This document shows positions 20,282-30,014 of a stretch of 64,000 bases of DNA, piece by piece; within the stretch, counting starts at the first letter, position 1; each line of letters starts with the position of its first letter. The DNA lies in the NCBI GenBank assembly GCA_003455995.1, contig DMPO01000006.1, positions 38,397-102,396 on the forward strand, in the 5' to 3' direction. This DNA is from Candidatus Azambacteria bacterium (GTDB taxonomy: Bacteria > Patescibacteriota > Minisyncoccia > UBA10092). The position numbers and the translations under genes were made by a program. Under the pieces are notes generated by a model that did not search any database, was not told where the DNA came from, and saw nothing but the letters and a program-made list of their open reading frames with translations.

Positions 20282-20737
20282 TTGATGAAGTTGATGAAAA
20301 AGAAAGCAAATGAAAGCGTAATAGGGTATGCCTATGTTTGCGCCGATTTATTGCATGCCGGTCACCTTGATCATTTGGAGTTCTGTAAAAAATTTTGCGA
20401 TAAATTGATAGTGGGGGTTCTTACCGATAATGCGGTAATGGAAAAAAAGCCAAGACCAATTTTTGGTTTTGAAGAACGATTGCGGCTGGTTCAGGCCTTG
20501 AAGTGCGTGGATATTGCCGTACCTCAAGAAACCTACTCGCCGCTTAATAACGCGCCCGTTATGGCGGATATTTTATTTGAAAGCGCCGATCATGGAGAAG
20601 GGGCGCTTGAAGAAGCGAAACGGGTTATGAGGGATATAGGCAAAAAGGTAATTGTTGACATATTTCGCCCTCGTCACAATAGACGACCGTCAAGCACCGC
20701 GATTAAGACCAAAATCAAAAAAGAGTGGCAAAAATAA
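20282..20737 (+). CDS. Cytidylyltransferase-like nucleotidyltransferase (glycerol-3-phosphate cytidylyltransferase TagD / RfaE domain II family)
   Basis: GYAYVCADLLHAGHLDHL carries the (T/H)xGH nucleotidyltransferase motif. 151 aa is the typical size. Confidence 0.65.
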   Translation: MMKLMKKKANESVIGYAYVCADLLHAGHLDHLEFCKKFCDKLIVGVLTDNAVMEKKPRPIFGFEERLRLVQALKCVDIAVPQETYSPLNNAPVMADILFESADHGEGALEEAKRVMRDIGKKVIVDIFRPRHNRRPSSTAIKTKIKKEWQK

Positions 20738-20756
20738 ATAATGGAGGTTTTGTTAG

Positions 20757-21992
20757 ATGGGGACAAGCATGCAAAAGTGGCAGAAAAGGATTTTATTTAT
20801 TTCGTGGATTACCTATGCCAGTTTTTATTTGTTAAGAGTTAACATTGCCGTGGCGATTCCCGGAATTTTGAGTGAATTTGGCATTTCAAAGACCGCCATG
20901 GGCGGAGTATTGACGGCCTTATTCGCGGCTTATGCCTTCGGGCAATTTGTAAACGGTACCATGGGGGATAAATTTGGAGCCAGGAGGATGGTAACAATTG
21001 GTTTACTGTCATCTGCTATTCTGAATATTGTCTTTGGGTTTACCCAGGGTTTTCTAATTGCGATGGTGGCTGTTTGGGGATTAAATGGTTTTTTCCAAGC
21101 CATGGGCTGGGGTCCGATTGTGAAAACAGTGGCTTGTTGGTTTCCGCCTCAAAAGAGGGGAATGGCCTCGGGTATTTTGGGGACTTCCTACATTCTGGGC
21201 AGTTCCATTTCTTTGCTTTTGGCCGGTTTTATCGCGGGTCATTTTGGCTGGCGCTGGGTTTTTTGGTTTCCCGCCATCATTACTATTATCGGCGCGCTTC
21301 ATTGGGCGCTAAGAATCAGAAATGGTTGTGAGAACGAAGGATTTGAGACCGTCGAGAGAATTGACGCGGCGTTAAAATATGCGGGCATTAAACATTCTCT
21401 CGGCATAATTCTTAAAGATAAAAAAGTATGGTTTGCTAGTTTATGTTTATTTGGTCTTAATATCGTGCGTTATGGTTTTTTAGATTGGGCTCCGACTTAT
21501 TTTTTCGAGGTTCAAAAAGCGAGTATTTCCATAGCCGCTTACAAAACCTTGATTTTTCCCATAGCGGGCGCGGTCGGCGCTTTAAGTTCCGGTTGGCTTG
21601 CCGAAAAAGTGTTTAAACAAAAAAAGGCGATAGTAGCCGCTATTATGTTGCTGATGTTGGCGGCAGCGATTTGGTTTTTTGTTAAAATTCCCGTCGGGAA
21701 TTGGGTTTTGAGCCTTGTTGTTTTAGCTATTATCGGTTTTTTGACTTTCGGTCCCCACATGATGATAGTGACTATTTTGCCGATGGATTTAGGCACAAAA
21801 GAGCGGGCATCATCCGTTGCCGGGTTCATAGACGGCTGGGGGTATATTGGCGCCGCCTTGACGGGCGTGGGGACGGGATTTTTGTTGGATCATTTTGGCT
21901 GGCATACCGCTTTTTATTTTTGGATATCGGGCGCGATTATTGCCGCCGCGTCGGTGGGGTATGTAATGGCGAGTTTAAAGAAAAAAATTTGA
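20757..21992 (+). CDS. MFS transporter, organophosphate:Pi antiporter (GlpT/UhpC-like) family
   Basis: 12 TM helices. The N-terminal YASFYLLRVNIAVAIP resembles GlpT/UhpC family N-termini. Confidence 0.55.
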   Translation: MGTSMQKWQKRILFISWITYASFYLLRVNIAVAIPGILSEFGISKTAMGGVLTALFAAYAFGQFVNGTMGDKFGARRMVTIGLLSSAILNIVFGFTQGFLIAMVAVWGLNGFFQAMGWGPIVKTVACWFPPQKRGMASGILGTSYILGSSISLLLAGFIAGHFGWRWVFWFPAIITIIGALHWALRIRNGCENEGFETVERIDAALKYAGIKHSLGIILKDKKVWFASLCLFGLNIVRYGFLDWAPTYFFEVQKASISIAAYKTLIFPIAGAVGALSSGWLAEKVFKQKKAIVAAIMLLMLAAAIWFFVKIPVGNWVLSLVVLAIIGFLTFGPHMMIVTILPMDLGTKERASSVAGFIDGWGYIGAALTGVGTGFLLDHFGWHTAFYFWISGAIIAAASVGYVMASLKKKI

Positions 21993-22005
21993 TTGATTTA
22001 TTCAG

Positions 22006-22040
22006 AAACCTCGATATCAATATCGAGGTTTTATTTTTTT
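22006..22040 (+). terminator. Rho-independent terminator
   Basis: AAACCTCGATA-TCAA-TATCGAGGTTT hairpin followed by a T8 run, directly after the MFS gene stop. Confidence 0.8.
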
Positions 22041-22043
22041 AGG

Positions 22044-22072
22044 TTGATTTTTAGAAAAAATAGATATATAAC
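22044..22072 (+). promoter_or_regulatory. Candidate sigma70-type promoter (TTGATT-N17-TATAAC)
   Basis: -35 TTGATT at 22044-22049, 17-nt spacer, -10 TATAAC at 22067-22072. The ATG at 22085 has no SD, which suggests a very short or leaderless transcript. Confidence 0.45.
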
Positions 22073-22084
22073 AATGTAAACTCC

Positions 22085-23395
22085 ATGCATGAGAATAAAC
22101 AAATTATCATAGACGGCTGGCGCGTTTATGATTTGCCGGTTGAATATAGCGACGCCGATTATGAAGAAGCGCGGGTTGAAATAACCAATCAAGTCCGCAA
22201 TACCCCGGGGCTTATCGCCTTGTTTGAATATGGCTGTATTCCTTTTCCCGGAATATCGGATATGGATTTTTGGGCGGTATTTTCGGATGATGCGGGAAAA
22301 ATGGGGCTTCCTTTACAACCTGCGCTTTCCGAAAAAACCAAATATTTAATGAGCCACCAAATCACGCTTTTTGCGGAAAAACATTATCGAAAAATGCTTT
22401 ACTTTGATCCTTGGACGACTTATGCCTGGCCCAATGGCCAAAGATTATTATATAAATCGGATGGTATTGAAAGGGATTTAAATTTTGAAAATATAAAATT
22501 TACCAAAGAGGAAAGAGATATTTTGAGCTTAGTTCTTGTTGAAGAATACTTGGGGTCGATAAATTCAACAATTTCCTTTTACGCCAAAAAAAAGTTGCCT
22601 GTGAGGCATATTCTGGAAACAATTAAAACCTGCGTTTATATCATTGAAGAAATCAATCTTATTACCGACAGAAAAATCAATTCTACTTTTCCGGAAGAAC
22701 TCAAAGATTTGAGATCCAAATGGTTTAAGATTGACCGGCAAGAAGCCGTAAAAAAACTAATAAAATTATTTTACGACGGATTACTTATCAGTTTTGAAGC
22801 CGCTTTTTCTTTGAGCAATTGGGCCAGTCGGCGTTCCGAATGGCTTCGTATTTCGGACTTGGGGGTGGAAAGAATAAATTTTTTAAACCATTTTTGTTTA
22901 GATAAAAAAGCCAAAAATATTTATCTTAACATTTTTAACGACTGGCGGGTTTTTACCGATTTCGCGCGCACTCCAGCGCAAGCATTGGAATTATCGATTA
23001 ATTCCTGCCGGGAAGTTGAAATAAAATTAGGACGATACTCCAAAGTGATTGATTTTTGCGTCGTTTTTCAACCGCTGGAATTGGCCGCTATTTATTTGGG
23101 TTTTATTTCCGAAAAAGGCTTATTGAGCGATAATTTGAGAAAAAACACTTTCAGCAATTTAGAAGAAGCACCGGTCTTCCGGCCCAAAATATTTCAGGAA
23201 AAAATAAAAATGATAAATGAGATCATTGAAATTTATAATAATAAACGGGTTGCGGATACAAGCGGGAAAGGATGGCATTTCGGAAACGGCAGTTTCCAAA
23301 ATTCTTTTGAACATAAAACGATTAAAAAGAAAATTTTGGTTTTTTGGCTTAAACAAAAATTTTGGCGCGCCATAAACGCGGCGATAAAAATTTAA
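22085..23395 (+). CDS. Hypothetical protein (possible minimal nucleotidyltransferase-fold N-terminus)
   Basis: 436 aa with no confident family assignment. The segment YGCIPFPGISDMDFWAVF loosely resembles a Pol-beta-type G[GS]...D.D motif. Confidence 0.35.
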   Translation: MHENKQIIIDGWRVYDLPVEYSDADYEEARVEITNQVRNTPGLIALFEYGCIPFPGISDMDFWAVFSDDAGKMGLPLQPALSEKTKYLMSHQITLFAEKHYRKMLYFDPWTTYAWPNGQRLLYKSDGIERDLNFENIKFTKEERDILSLVLVEEYLGSINSTISFYAKKKLPVRHILETIKTCVYIIEEINLITDRKINSTFPEELKDLRSKWFKIDRQEAVKKLIKLFYDGLLISFEAAFSLSNWASRRSEWLRISDLGVERINFLNHFCLDKKAKNIYLNIFNDWRVFTDFARTPAQALELSINSCREVEIKLGRYSKVIDFCVVFQPLELAAIYLGFISEKGLLSDNLRKNTFSNLEEAPVFRPKIFQEKIKMINEIIEIYNNKRVADTSGKGWHFGNGSFQNSFEHKTIKKKILVFWLKQKFWRAINAAIKI

Positions 23396-23398
23396 ATT

Positions 23399-24142
23399 AT
23401 GAAAAAAATTTTTGTAACCACAAGCTGGGATGACGGGCATAAGCTGGATTTAAAGGTGTCTGAACTTCTTACAAAATACGGCCTTACCGGAACTTTTTAT
23501 GTCGCGACAAATCAGGTTAATCGTCTTAACGATGATGATATTAGAGAAATTTCAAAAAGACATGAGATCGGAGCTCATACCGTGAATCATCCGCGCTTGA
23601 GCGCTATCAGCATTGATAAGGCCGCGGAGGAAATTAAAAATTCCAAAACAATTTTAGAAAATATTGTTGGCAAGCCGGTTGAGATGTTCGCTTATCCCTT
23701 CGGGGACTATAATGAGGAAGTTAAGTGCATTGTCGGTTCTTGTGGTTTTCGCGGCGCGCGAACAACCAAAGATTGGTCTTGGGATTTGCCGGAAGATGCT
23801 TTTGAAATGCCAACTTCTTTACATGTTTATCCTCATCCTTTAAGGCCGGGCGTTTCAAGCTTAAGAGCGCGGCTAAAACCGTTGTTCTATAATTTTCCTA
23901 AAATTATCCACCACCGGTTGCGGCCGGCGGCGATATTTTCTTGGCGAAATCTCGCCTTAGCAATGTTTGACCGCGCTTATGCCGAAGGCAGCGTCTTTCA
24001 TATTTGGGGCCATTCATGGGAAATTGAGAAATATGGGATGTGGAATGATTTTGAGGATTTACTTAAATATATTTCCTCGCATGTTGGTATAGTATATTCA
24101 ACAAATAGAGATATAATAAGGGCAAGTCTTGATAAAAAATAA
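23399..24142 (+). CDS. Polysaccharide deacetylase (CE4, NodB homology domain)
   Basis: TSWDDGH (TFDDG-like) and HTVNHPRLS His-His motifs. Confidence 0.7.
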   Translation: MKKIFVTTSWDDGHKLDLKVSELLTKYGLTGTFYVATNQVNRLNDDDIREISKRHEIGAHTVNHPRLSAISIDKAAEEIKNSKTILENIVGKPVEMFAYPFGDYNEEVKCIVGSCGFRGARTTKDWSWDLPEDAFEMPTSLHVYPHPLRPGVSSLRARLKPLFYNFPKIIHHRLRPAAIFSWRNLALAMFDRAYAEGSVFHIWGHSWEIEKYGMWNDFEDLLKYISSHVGIVYSTNRDIIRASLDKK

Positions 24143-24145
24143 ATA

Positions 24146-24796
24146 ATGCAATTCAAATCAATAAAATTAAAAAATACGCGCGAAGTTCTTAATCATACGC
24201 TTCATCACATTGGGGGCAAGGTTTTAGATTTAGGAGCTGGCGGCGCAAAATATAAAGGATTAATTTTGAAAAGAGCTGAGGAATATCGAGCTTGTGATGC
24301 CATAAAAAATGAAAGCATTGATGATATTTGCGATGTTCTGAATCTTAAATATCCTGAAGAGCATTTTGACACGATTGTTTCCACTCAAGTTATTGAGCAC
24401 ATACCCAATCCCTATCGTATGGTTTCTCAGATTAGAAAAGTTTTGAAAGTTGGCGGCAAAGCAATATTAACGGCGCCATTTTTGGTTCCAATGCATTCCG
24501 ATCCGGACGATTATTTCCGGTTTACGAAAGATGGTCTGTCAGAAATTTTTAAACAAGCGGGGTTTGAAATTTTAGAATCTGGCCATTATGGCGGATTTTT
24601 TATTGTTATGTCCGAAATGATTCATTTTTCCTGGTTTAATCCCTATAAATACCACAAGACAAGGATTAGTCGGTGGGGGGCCGGAGGGGGGCGGATTATG
24701 AAGTTAATTGAAAAAATAGCTACTTTTTTCGATAGATTTATTCCAACAAAATCGATTTTTGCAGGATCATATATTGTGGTAAGGAAATTAAAATAA
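24146..24796 (+). CDS. Class I SAM-dependent methyltransferase
   Basis: VLDLGAGGAKYKG is motif I. VIEHIPNP is the motif II region. Confidence 0.65.
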   Translation: MQFKSIKLKNTREVLNHTLHHIGGKVLDLGAGGAKYKGLILKRAEEYRACDAIKNESIDDICDVLNLKYPEEHFDTIVSTQVIEHIPNPYRMVSQIRKVLKVGGKAILTAPFLVPMHSDPDDYFRFTKDGLSEIFKQAGFEILESGHYGGFFIVMSEMIHFSWFNPYKYHKTRISRWGAGGGRIMKLIEKIATFFDRFIPTKSIFAGSYIVVRKLK

Positions 24797-24798
24797 TT

Positions 24799-26043
24799 AT
24801 GATGAAAATCATCATCTTGTCGGATTATTTTGATAATCGCGGAGGAGCCGTCAGTATCGCTAAAACAATGGCTTACGGCTTCAAACAAATGGGCCATAAT
24901 GTCGGCGTGATTACTACAGTCCAAGACAAGGCGCTCGCGGGCCAAAAAATAATTGATGGAGTTAAAATATGGTCTGTTTATTCCAATTATAATCTTTTTT
25001 GGCGCGCTTATCGCAGTTTATACAATCCCCAGACCGTAAAACATATCGCGAAAATTATTGAAGAAATAAAACCGGATGTGGTTCACGCCAATAATATCCA
25101 TGTCCACCTTTCATACCACGCCCTGAAAATTGCCCAAAAAAGCGGGGCCAGAGTATTTTTGACCGCTCACGATGTCATGCCTTTTCATTATGGTAAATTG
25201 ACAGAATTTATAAACCCGAATAATTTATCCTGTCCCGAAAAATTCAATTACAAAATCAGCGTTTGGCGGCAAATAAAAAGAGCGGGCAAAACCTATAACC
25301 CTTTTCGTAATTTAATCATTAGATATTATCTTGAATATGTCGATAAAATTTTTGCCGTTAGCGGCGCGTTGAAAAACGCGCTTAATGACAATGGAATAAA
25401 AAATGTTGAAGTAATTCATAACGGCATTGATGTTTCGGCATGGGCAGTAAACGAAGCGGCCATAGAAGTTTTCAAAGAGAAGCATAATATTCGAAACAAA
25501 AAGGTTGTTTTGTTTGGCGGACGCCTTGGTTGGCTGAAAGGAGGGCGTGAAATTTGCTTGGCGATGAAAAAGGTGATTGAAACAATACCCAACGCGGTTC
25601 TTTTGCTTGCCGGAAAAATAGACGAAGAAGTTAAAGAAATTCTTGATTTTGCCGACAAACTGGGAATTAACAAAAATATTATTGCCGCCGGCTGGCTTTC
25701 GGGTGGCGAGCTTAAAGCCGCCTATAATGTCGCGGATATCGTGACGGCGCCGTCGATTTGTTTCGATTCTTTTCCGACCGTAAATTTGGAAGCGATGGCT
25801 TGCAAAAAGCCGGTTATCGCCACCTGTTTTGGCGGAAGCCGCGAAGCGGTAATAGACGGCGAAACCGGCTATATCGTAAATCCGTTTAACATAGATAAGT
25901 TAGCAGATAAAATAATATATCTATTAAAAAATTCTGAAGTTGCCAGAAAATTCGGCGAAGCGGGGTATGAGAGGGTGAAAAAAGAATTCAGTTCGGAAAA
26001 AATGATCGGTGATTATTTAAATTGGTACGGAAAAATTTTTTAA
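24799..26043 (+). CDS. GT4 family glycosyltransferase
   Basis: VVLFGGRLGWLKGG...NLEAMACKKPVIATCFGG signature. Confidence 0.7.
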   Translation: MMKIIILSDYFDNRGGAVSIAKTMAYGFKQMGHNVGVITTVQDKALAGQKIIDGVKIWSVYSNYNLFWRAYRSLYNPQTVKHIAKIIEEIKPDVVHANNIHVHLSYHALKIAQKSGARVFLTAHDVMPFHYGKLTEFINPNNLSCPEKFNYKISVWRQIKRAGKTYNPFRNLIIRYYLEYVDKIFAVSGALKNALNDNGIKNVEVIHNGIDVSAWAVNEAAIEVFKEKHNIRNKKVVLFGGRLGWLKGGREICLAMKKVIETIPNAVLLLAGKIDEEVKEILDFADKLGINKNIIAAGWLSGGELKAAYNVADIVTAPSICFDSFPTVNLEAMACKKPVIATCFGGSREAVIDGETGYIVNPFNIDKLADKIIYLLKNSEVARKFGEAGYERVKKEFSSEKMIGDYLNWYGKIF

Positions 26044-27416
26044 TGAAAACTATTTTTATTACCGCTTATCATCCTTTTATCTCCAAAAACATTCTTAATA
26101 CGAATGTGTTTGGCATTTTGAAACAAAGAAAAAATTTAAGAATCATTCTTTTAGTTCCGGTTATTTTGAAAGATTTTTTTGAAAACAATTACCGTTTCGA
26201 CAATGTAGTGATTGAGAGTATCGATCTGGCGCCATTCTCAAAATCCCGCCTCAGCAATTTTTTTTCAAGAGCCGCTTTCTTTTTTACTTACAATCACTGG
26301 ATTAGATATAAAAGGATGGAATATTTAAATGCCCATTGGAGTTTTTATAACCTCGTGAAATTTCGTGTTTTTATGGTATTAACGCGAATTTTATCTGGGC
26401 ATAAAATTTTAAATAAAATTTTCAGATTTTTTGACTGGCGTTATTCGCCCAATAATTTTTATAAAGATTATTTTGAAAAATACAAACCCGATATTGTTTT
26501 TTCAACCGATGTTTATGACGATTTTGACCAGGCGCTGATTAAAGAAGCGAAAATAAGAAAGATCTTTGTTATCGGCATGATCCGCTCCTGGGATAATAAT
26601 ATCAGTAAAGGACTAATGAGATGCTTTCCGGATAAATTAATTGTTAATAATGAGGTAATTAAGAAAGAGGCGATAAAACTTCATAATTATCCAGAAGGAA
26701 ATATTTTCATCGGCGGCCTGCCGCAGTTTGACGATTATCTTAAGGCGCCTTTCAAAAGCCGAGAAGAGTTTTTCGAGTCGGCGGGCGGAGATCCCGAAAA
26801 AAGAACGGTTTTATTTTCACCCGGCAGCCGGGGAATTTCCGCGGATGCCAATATTATTATTTGCGAAGCGTTTAAAGCCGCAAAGGAAAGTGGTGATTTG
26901 CCCAAAGATATTCAATTTTTTATCAGAAACCATCCCACCAGGCCAGATAGGGCGCTGGAAAAATTCAAAAATGATTCCGATTTTATTATCGAAATGCCAG
27001 GAAAAATTAAAAATAGCGGGAAATTTCTCGAATTTTCACTTCAAGACAATCGCCATCTTATAGATACCATATATTATTCCGATGTTGTCGTCTGGATTGT
27101 AACCTCGATAGGACTGGACTCTTTAGTTTTTGATAAGCCGCAAATCGTAGTTGATTTTGACGGCCTTGAAAATAAGTCATACTGGTTAAGCGTCAAGCGG
27201 TTCAATGACGAAGAACACATGCTTTTATTCTTTGAAACAGGAGCCGTAAAAATAGCCGATAATTTGGAAAATTTAATTGTTTATATTAAAGAATATCTTG
27301 AAAATCCCTCCATTGATCGCGAAGGAAGAAAAAAAGCCGCTTTGCAACAGCTTTGGAAGGCGGATGGAAAATCAAGCGAAAGAATCGCAAATTTCATTTT
27401 ATCATTCCTTTTTTAA
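26043..27416 (+). CDS. Putative CDP-glycerol glycerophosphotransferase-like protein (TagB/TagF family), uncertain
   Basis: 458 aa soluble protein. The C-terminal half has a FFIRNHPTRPD segment reminiscent of the Glyphos_transf conserved His-Pro region. Context includes a cytidylyltransferase and an OPA transporter. Start placed at the TAATG overlap at 26043. Confidence 0.35.
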   Translation: MKTIFITAYHPFISKNILNTNVFGILKQRKNLRIILLVPVILKDFFENNYRFDNVVIESIDLAPFSKSRLSNFFSRAAFFFTYNHWIRYKRMEYLNAHWSFYNLVKFRVFMVLTRILSGHKILNKIFRFFDWRYSPNNFYKDYFEKYKPDIVFSTDVYDDFDQALIKEAKIRKIFVIGMIRSWDNNISKGLMRCFPDKLIVNNEVIKKEAIKLHNYPEGNIFIGGLPQFDDYLKAPFKSREEFFESAGGDPEKRTVLFSPGSRGISADANIIICEAFKAAKESGDLPKDIQFFIRNHPTRPDRALEKFKNDSDFIIEMPGKIKNSGKFLEFSLQDNRHLIDTIYYSDVVVWIVTSIGLDSLVFDKPQIVVDFDGLENKSYWLSVKRFNDEEHMLLFFETGAVKIADNLENLIVYIKEYLENPSIDREGRKKAALQQLWKADGKSSERIANFILSFLF

Positions 27417-28131
27417 GCTGGCGGAATTTATTTTCCATTTTCTCCCAGTCGGAAGGAATGTTGATGTCTTCATCGTAAAAATCGCTGACAATATAGGGCT
27501 CTTGCTTCTCGCCGCCGAAATAGCAGGGATTTTTTCCGTACAAAATTTTTGGCTTCAAAACAAAAACCAGATCATTTTTGACATAATATTTTGGCAGGAG
27601 CTGGCGGCGCGCCGGAGCGTATTTTACATTCTGGCCTATGGCGTTTAACAGTTCATAACTGTTGCCCCTTTTTACAGGCTGGACAATCCAATAAGGATGA
27701 TGATGGGCGGCCGATAATTCGGAAAGAGGGATCACCACATCTGGGTCTTTTTTCAAAAACAGTTCTATCGCCTCGTCAACCTGTTTAACGTTTCTTAAAG
27801 AATTGGGAGGCATCAGCAAGACGATGGCGTCGGTTTTATAATTTTCATATTTTTTCAGCCATTCTATGGCGTGCCTTAACACCGGCTCCATTTGCGTCGC
27901 GCTCCCGGCTAATTTTTTGGGGCGCAAAAAGGGCGTTTCGGCGCCGTATTTTTTTGCCACTTTGGCTATTTCGGGGCTATCGGTGGAAACAATGGTCCGG
28001 TTTATAAGAGGGCTTTTCAGAGCCGTCTCAATAGCCCAGGCAATCAACGGTTTACCGCAGAAATTTCTTATATTTTTTCCGGGAACCCCTTTTGAATCGC
28101 CCCGGGCAGGCACAATCGCCACGATTTTCAT
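27394..28131 (-). CDS. Acylneuraminate-type cytidylyltransferase (CMP-nonulosonic acid synthetase, NeuA/PseF/LegF family)
   Basis: MKIVAIVPARGDSKGVPGKNIRNFCGKPLIAWAIETA is the canonical CTP_transf_3 N-terminus. Confidence 0.8.
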   Translation of the reverse strand: MKIVAIVPARGDSKGVPGKNIRNFCGKPLIAWAIETALKSPLINRTIVSTDSPEIAKVAKKYGAETPFLRPKKLAGSATQMEPVLRHAIEWLKKYENYKTDAIVLLMPPNSLRNVKQVDEAIELFLKKDPDVVIPLSELSAAHHHPYWIVQPVKRGNSYELLNAIGQNVKYAPARRQLLPKYYVKNDLVFVLKPKILYGKNPCYFGGEKQEPYIVSDFYDEDINIPSDWEKMENKFRQLKKGMIK

Positions 28132-28158
28132 AATTTATGAAATAACATAAAATTAAAA

Positions 28159-28187
28159 ATCCCGCAACGAACGCGGGATTGTTTTTT
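28159..28187 (-). terminator. Hairpin terminator between B12-rSAM gene and CMP-sugar synthetase gene
   Basis: ATCCCGC-AACGAAC-GCGGGAT stem-loop flanked by A/T runs on both strands. Confidence 0.6.
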
Positions 28188-29847
28188 ACATTTCCAAAAT
28201 TTTATATATGTCGCCAGAATCAATGTATCCTCTGGCCTTGACGAAAATATCATCCGGCATGTCGCTGTAATTCAGCGGCTCGCCGGTCTTGGAATTGCGC
28301 AAAACCTTTGTGGCGTCATCCAGCTCCAAAATATACCGGCGCAGGTTTTCATCGCAAACCGGCTCGCCGACAAAATCAAAAGTAATTCCGAAAACTTCAC
28401 GCAGAATTTTTTGAACCTTGGATTGGTGGCCCATTTCCGTTCCCGGATACCAGGTGGCGGTGAACATTTTCTTGTTTACCGAGTCGGCGGACTTGCCGCG
28501 CGTACCATAAAATATCTCTTGCCACTCGATAAAAGCGACGCTCATTTTTAGGTCCTCAAGGGTCTCGGTTGGGTATCCCATTATCCAGGTGCAATTAGCG
28601 TGAATGCCGGCATTTTCGCAATCTATAACGCCCTCTATCATAGAGCTGGGGAATTCGCAAAATTTTCCATTGGCAATAATACCCTTAATCCCTTTTTTGA
28701 GAATAAATCCGCCTTTATTCATCGCTTTCAGGACTTTCGGCGAGGCGCTTTCGGCGCCGAAGCCGATATAAATGCATCCGGCTTCCGCCATTAAATTAAA
28801 TCCCTTTGATTCATCGAGGCGCGCGTGCGTCCCCCAGCGGATATTTAGCGGCTTAAGAAGGGGGACTAAATCAATGATTCTTTTATGGTCGATGGCGAAA
28901 TTATCGTCCACCATCCCAATGAAATCAACTCCATATTTTTCAATATGCATTCTGAATTCCTTGGCAAGATTTTGCGCTGATCGCGCGCCGTAATTTTTTT
29001 CGCCTTGCGCGCCGCGATAGCAGAAAGCGCAATTATACGGACAGCCCCGCGAAGAAACAAAGTTCGTGCTCCGATTCATCGTGAATGAAGCCGCTGAACT
29101 GTTGTTGGCGGAAGCGCCCCAAATTGGATTGCAGATATAGTATTCCAGAATCTTATTGCCAAAAACATCTTCTTTTAGAAAATCCAAATCGGCGAAAGGA
29201 ATGCAGTCCAAATCCCGCGGTCGGTCGCCTTCGTAAACGAAGCGATGCCGGCCGAATATTTCTCCTTTGCCGACTATCGAACCCAAATAATAGGGTTCCA
29301 ATTTTCCGGAATTAATCGCCCGCAAAAAACCCGTTTTTTTGAGAATTCTCGCGTCGTGGGCGGCTTTGACGATTACATCGTCGCCTTCGGAACGGACTAT
29401 GCCGTCCAGGTCGGGGATGTAATTGAAAAGCCCCGCTCTCAATTCGGTGGCGAGGCCGCCGCCGGAAACAAGAAAAACGATCGGCGCCAATTTGCGAACC
29501 ATTTTAGCGACTTTTTCCTGCCAGCGCAATGTGGTGATCATTCCCGAAAGGCCGACCAGATCCGGCTCGCCATGAACTTCAAAATGTTTTTTTATCAGTT
29601 CAAAAACTTCCTGTTCGGTAAGGTGCCGGCCGTTTATTCGATAGCCGTTCAAATCAACTATCGAAACATTAACCTCATAGTTATCGCGCAAATTAGTTGC
29701 CAGAAGCAGGGGGCCTTGGGGCGTGTTGTTTGGCGCCGCCGCTTCTCTTAAAGGCATATTGATAAAAACAACATTTAAGCCGCGCAGATCGGCCGGTTTG
29801 ATATCTTTGATGATATCCGCCGGGTGAATATAATCGCAACTTTTCAT
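28186..29847 (-). CDS. B12-binding domain radical SAM enzyme (class B rSAM, putative methyltransferase)
   Basis: CPYNCAFCY is the CxxxCxxC radical SAM cluster motif. The N-terminal ~150 aa has the cobalamin-binding Rossmann-like layout. The GGAGGAG SD is visible on the minus strand. Confidence 0.8.
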   Translation of the reverse strand: MKSCDYIHPADIIKDIKPADLRGLNVVFINMPLREAAAPNNTPQGPLLLATNLRDNYEVNVSIVDLNGYRINGRHLTEQEVFELIKKHFEVHGEPDLVGLSGMITTLRWQEKVAKMVRKLAPIVFLVSGGGLATELRAGLFNYIPDLDGIVRSEGDDVIVKAAHDARILKKTGFLRAINSGKLEPYYLGSIVGKGEIFGRHRFVYEGDRPRDLDCIPFADLDFLKEDVFGNKILEYYICNPIWGASANNSSAASFTMNRSTNFVSSRGCPYNCAFCYRGAQGEKNYGARSAQNLAKEFRMHIEKYGVDFIGMVDDNFAIDHKRIIDLVPLLKPLNIRWGTHARLDESKGFNLMAEAGCIYIGFGAESASPKVLKAMNKGGFILKKGIKGIIANGKFCEFPSSMIEGVIDCENAGIHANCTWIMGYPTETLEDLKMSVAFIEWQEIFYGTRGKSADSVNKKMFTATWYPGTEMGHQSKVQKILREVFGITFDFVGEPVCDENLRRYILELDDATKVLRNSKTGEPLNYSDMPDDIFVKARGYIDSGDIYKILEM

Positions 29848-29983
29848 AACTCTCCTCCGTTTTATTGTTAGATGTCAAAGACCGCTTTAATTGACGGAAA
29901 CGGTATCATAAAATTAAATCTTTGACAAGGCGATTATTTTATGGTAATTTTCAGTGTCAAAATTTCCCGAACTTTAACAACAA

Positions 29984-30014
29984 CCACCCTTCGGGTGGCC
30001 ACCCGTAGGGGTGG
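29984..30014 (+). promoter_or_regulatory. Twin stem-loop 5' leader element (CCACCC-UUCG-GGUGG then CCACCC-GUAG-GGGUGG) immediately upstream of the SD
   Basis: Two consecutive near-identical hairpins, one with a UUCG tetraloop, end 6 nt before AGGAGG (30021-30026) and the ATG at 30033. Confidence 0.4.

Noticed and set aside
29245-29751. 168-aa plus-strand ORF inside the B12-rSAM gene
   Set aside because: The opposite strand encodes the radical SAM CxxxCxxC protein with full-length homology. The plus-strand ORF is a GC-rich antisense artefact.
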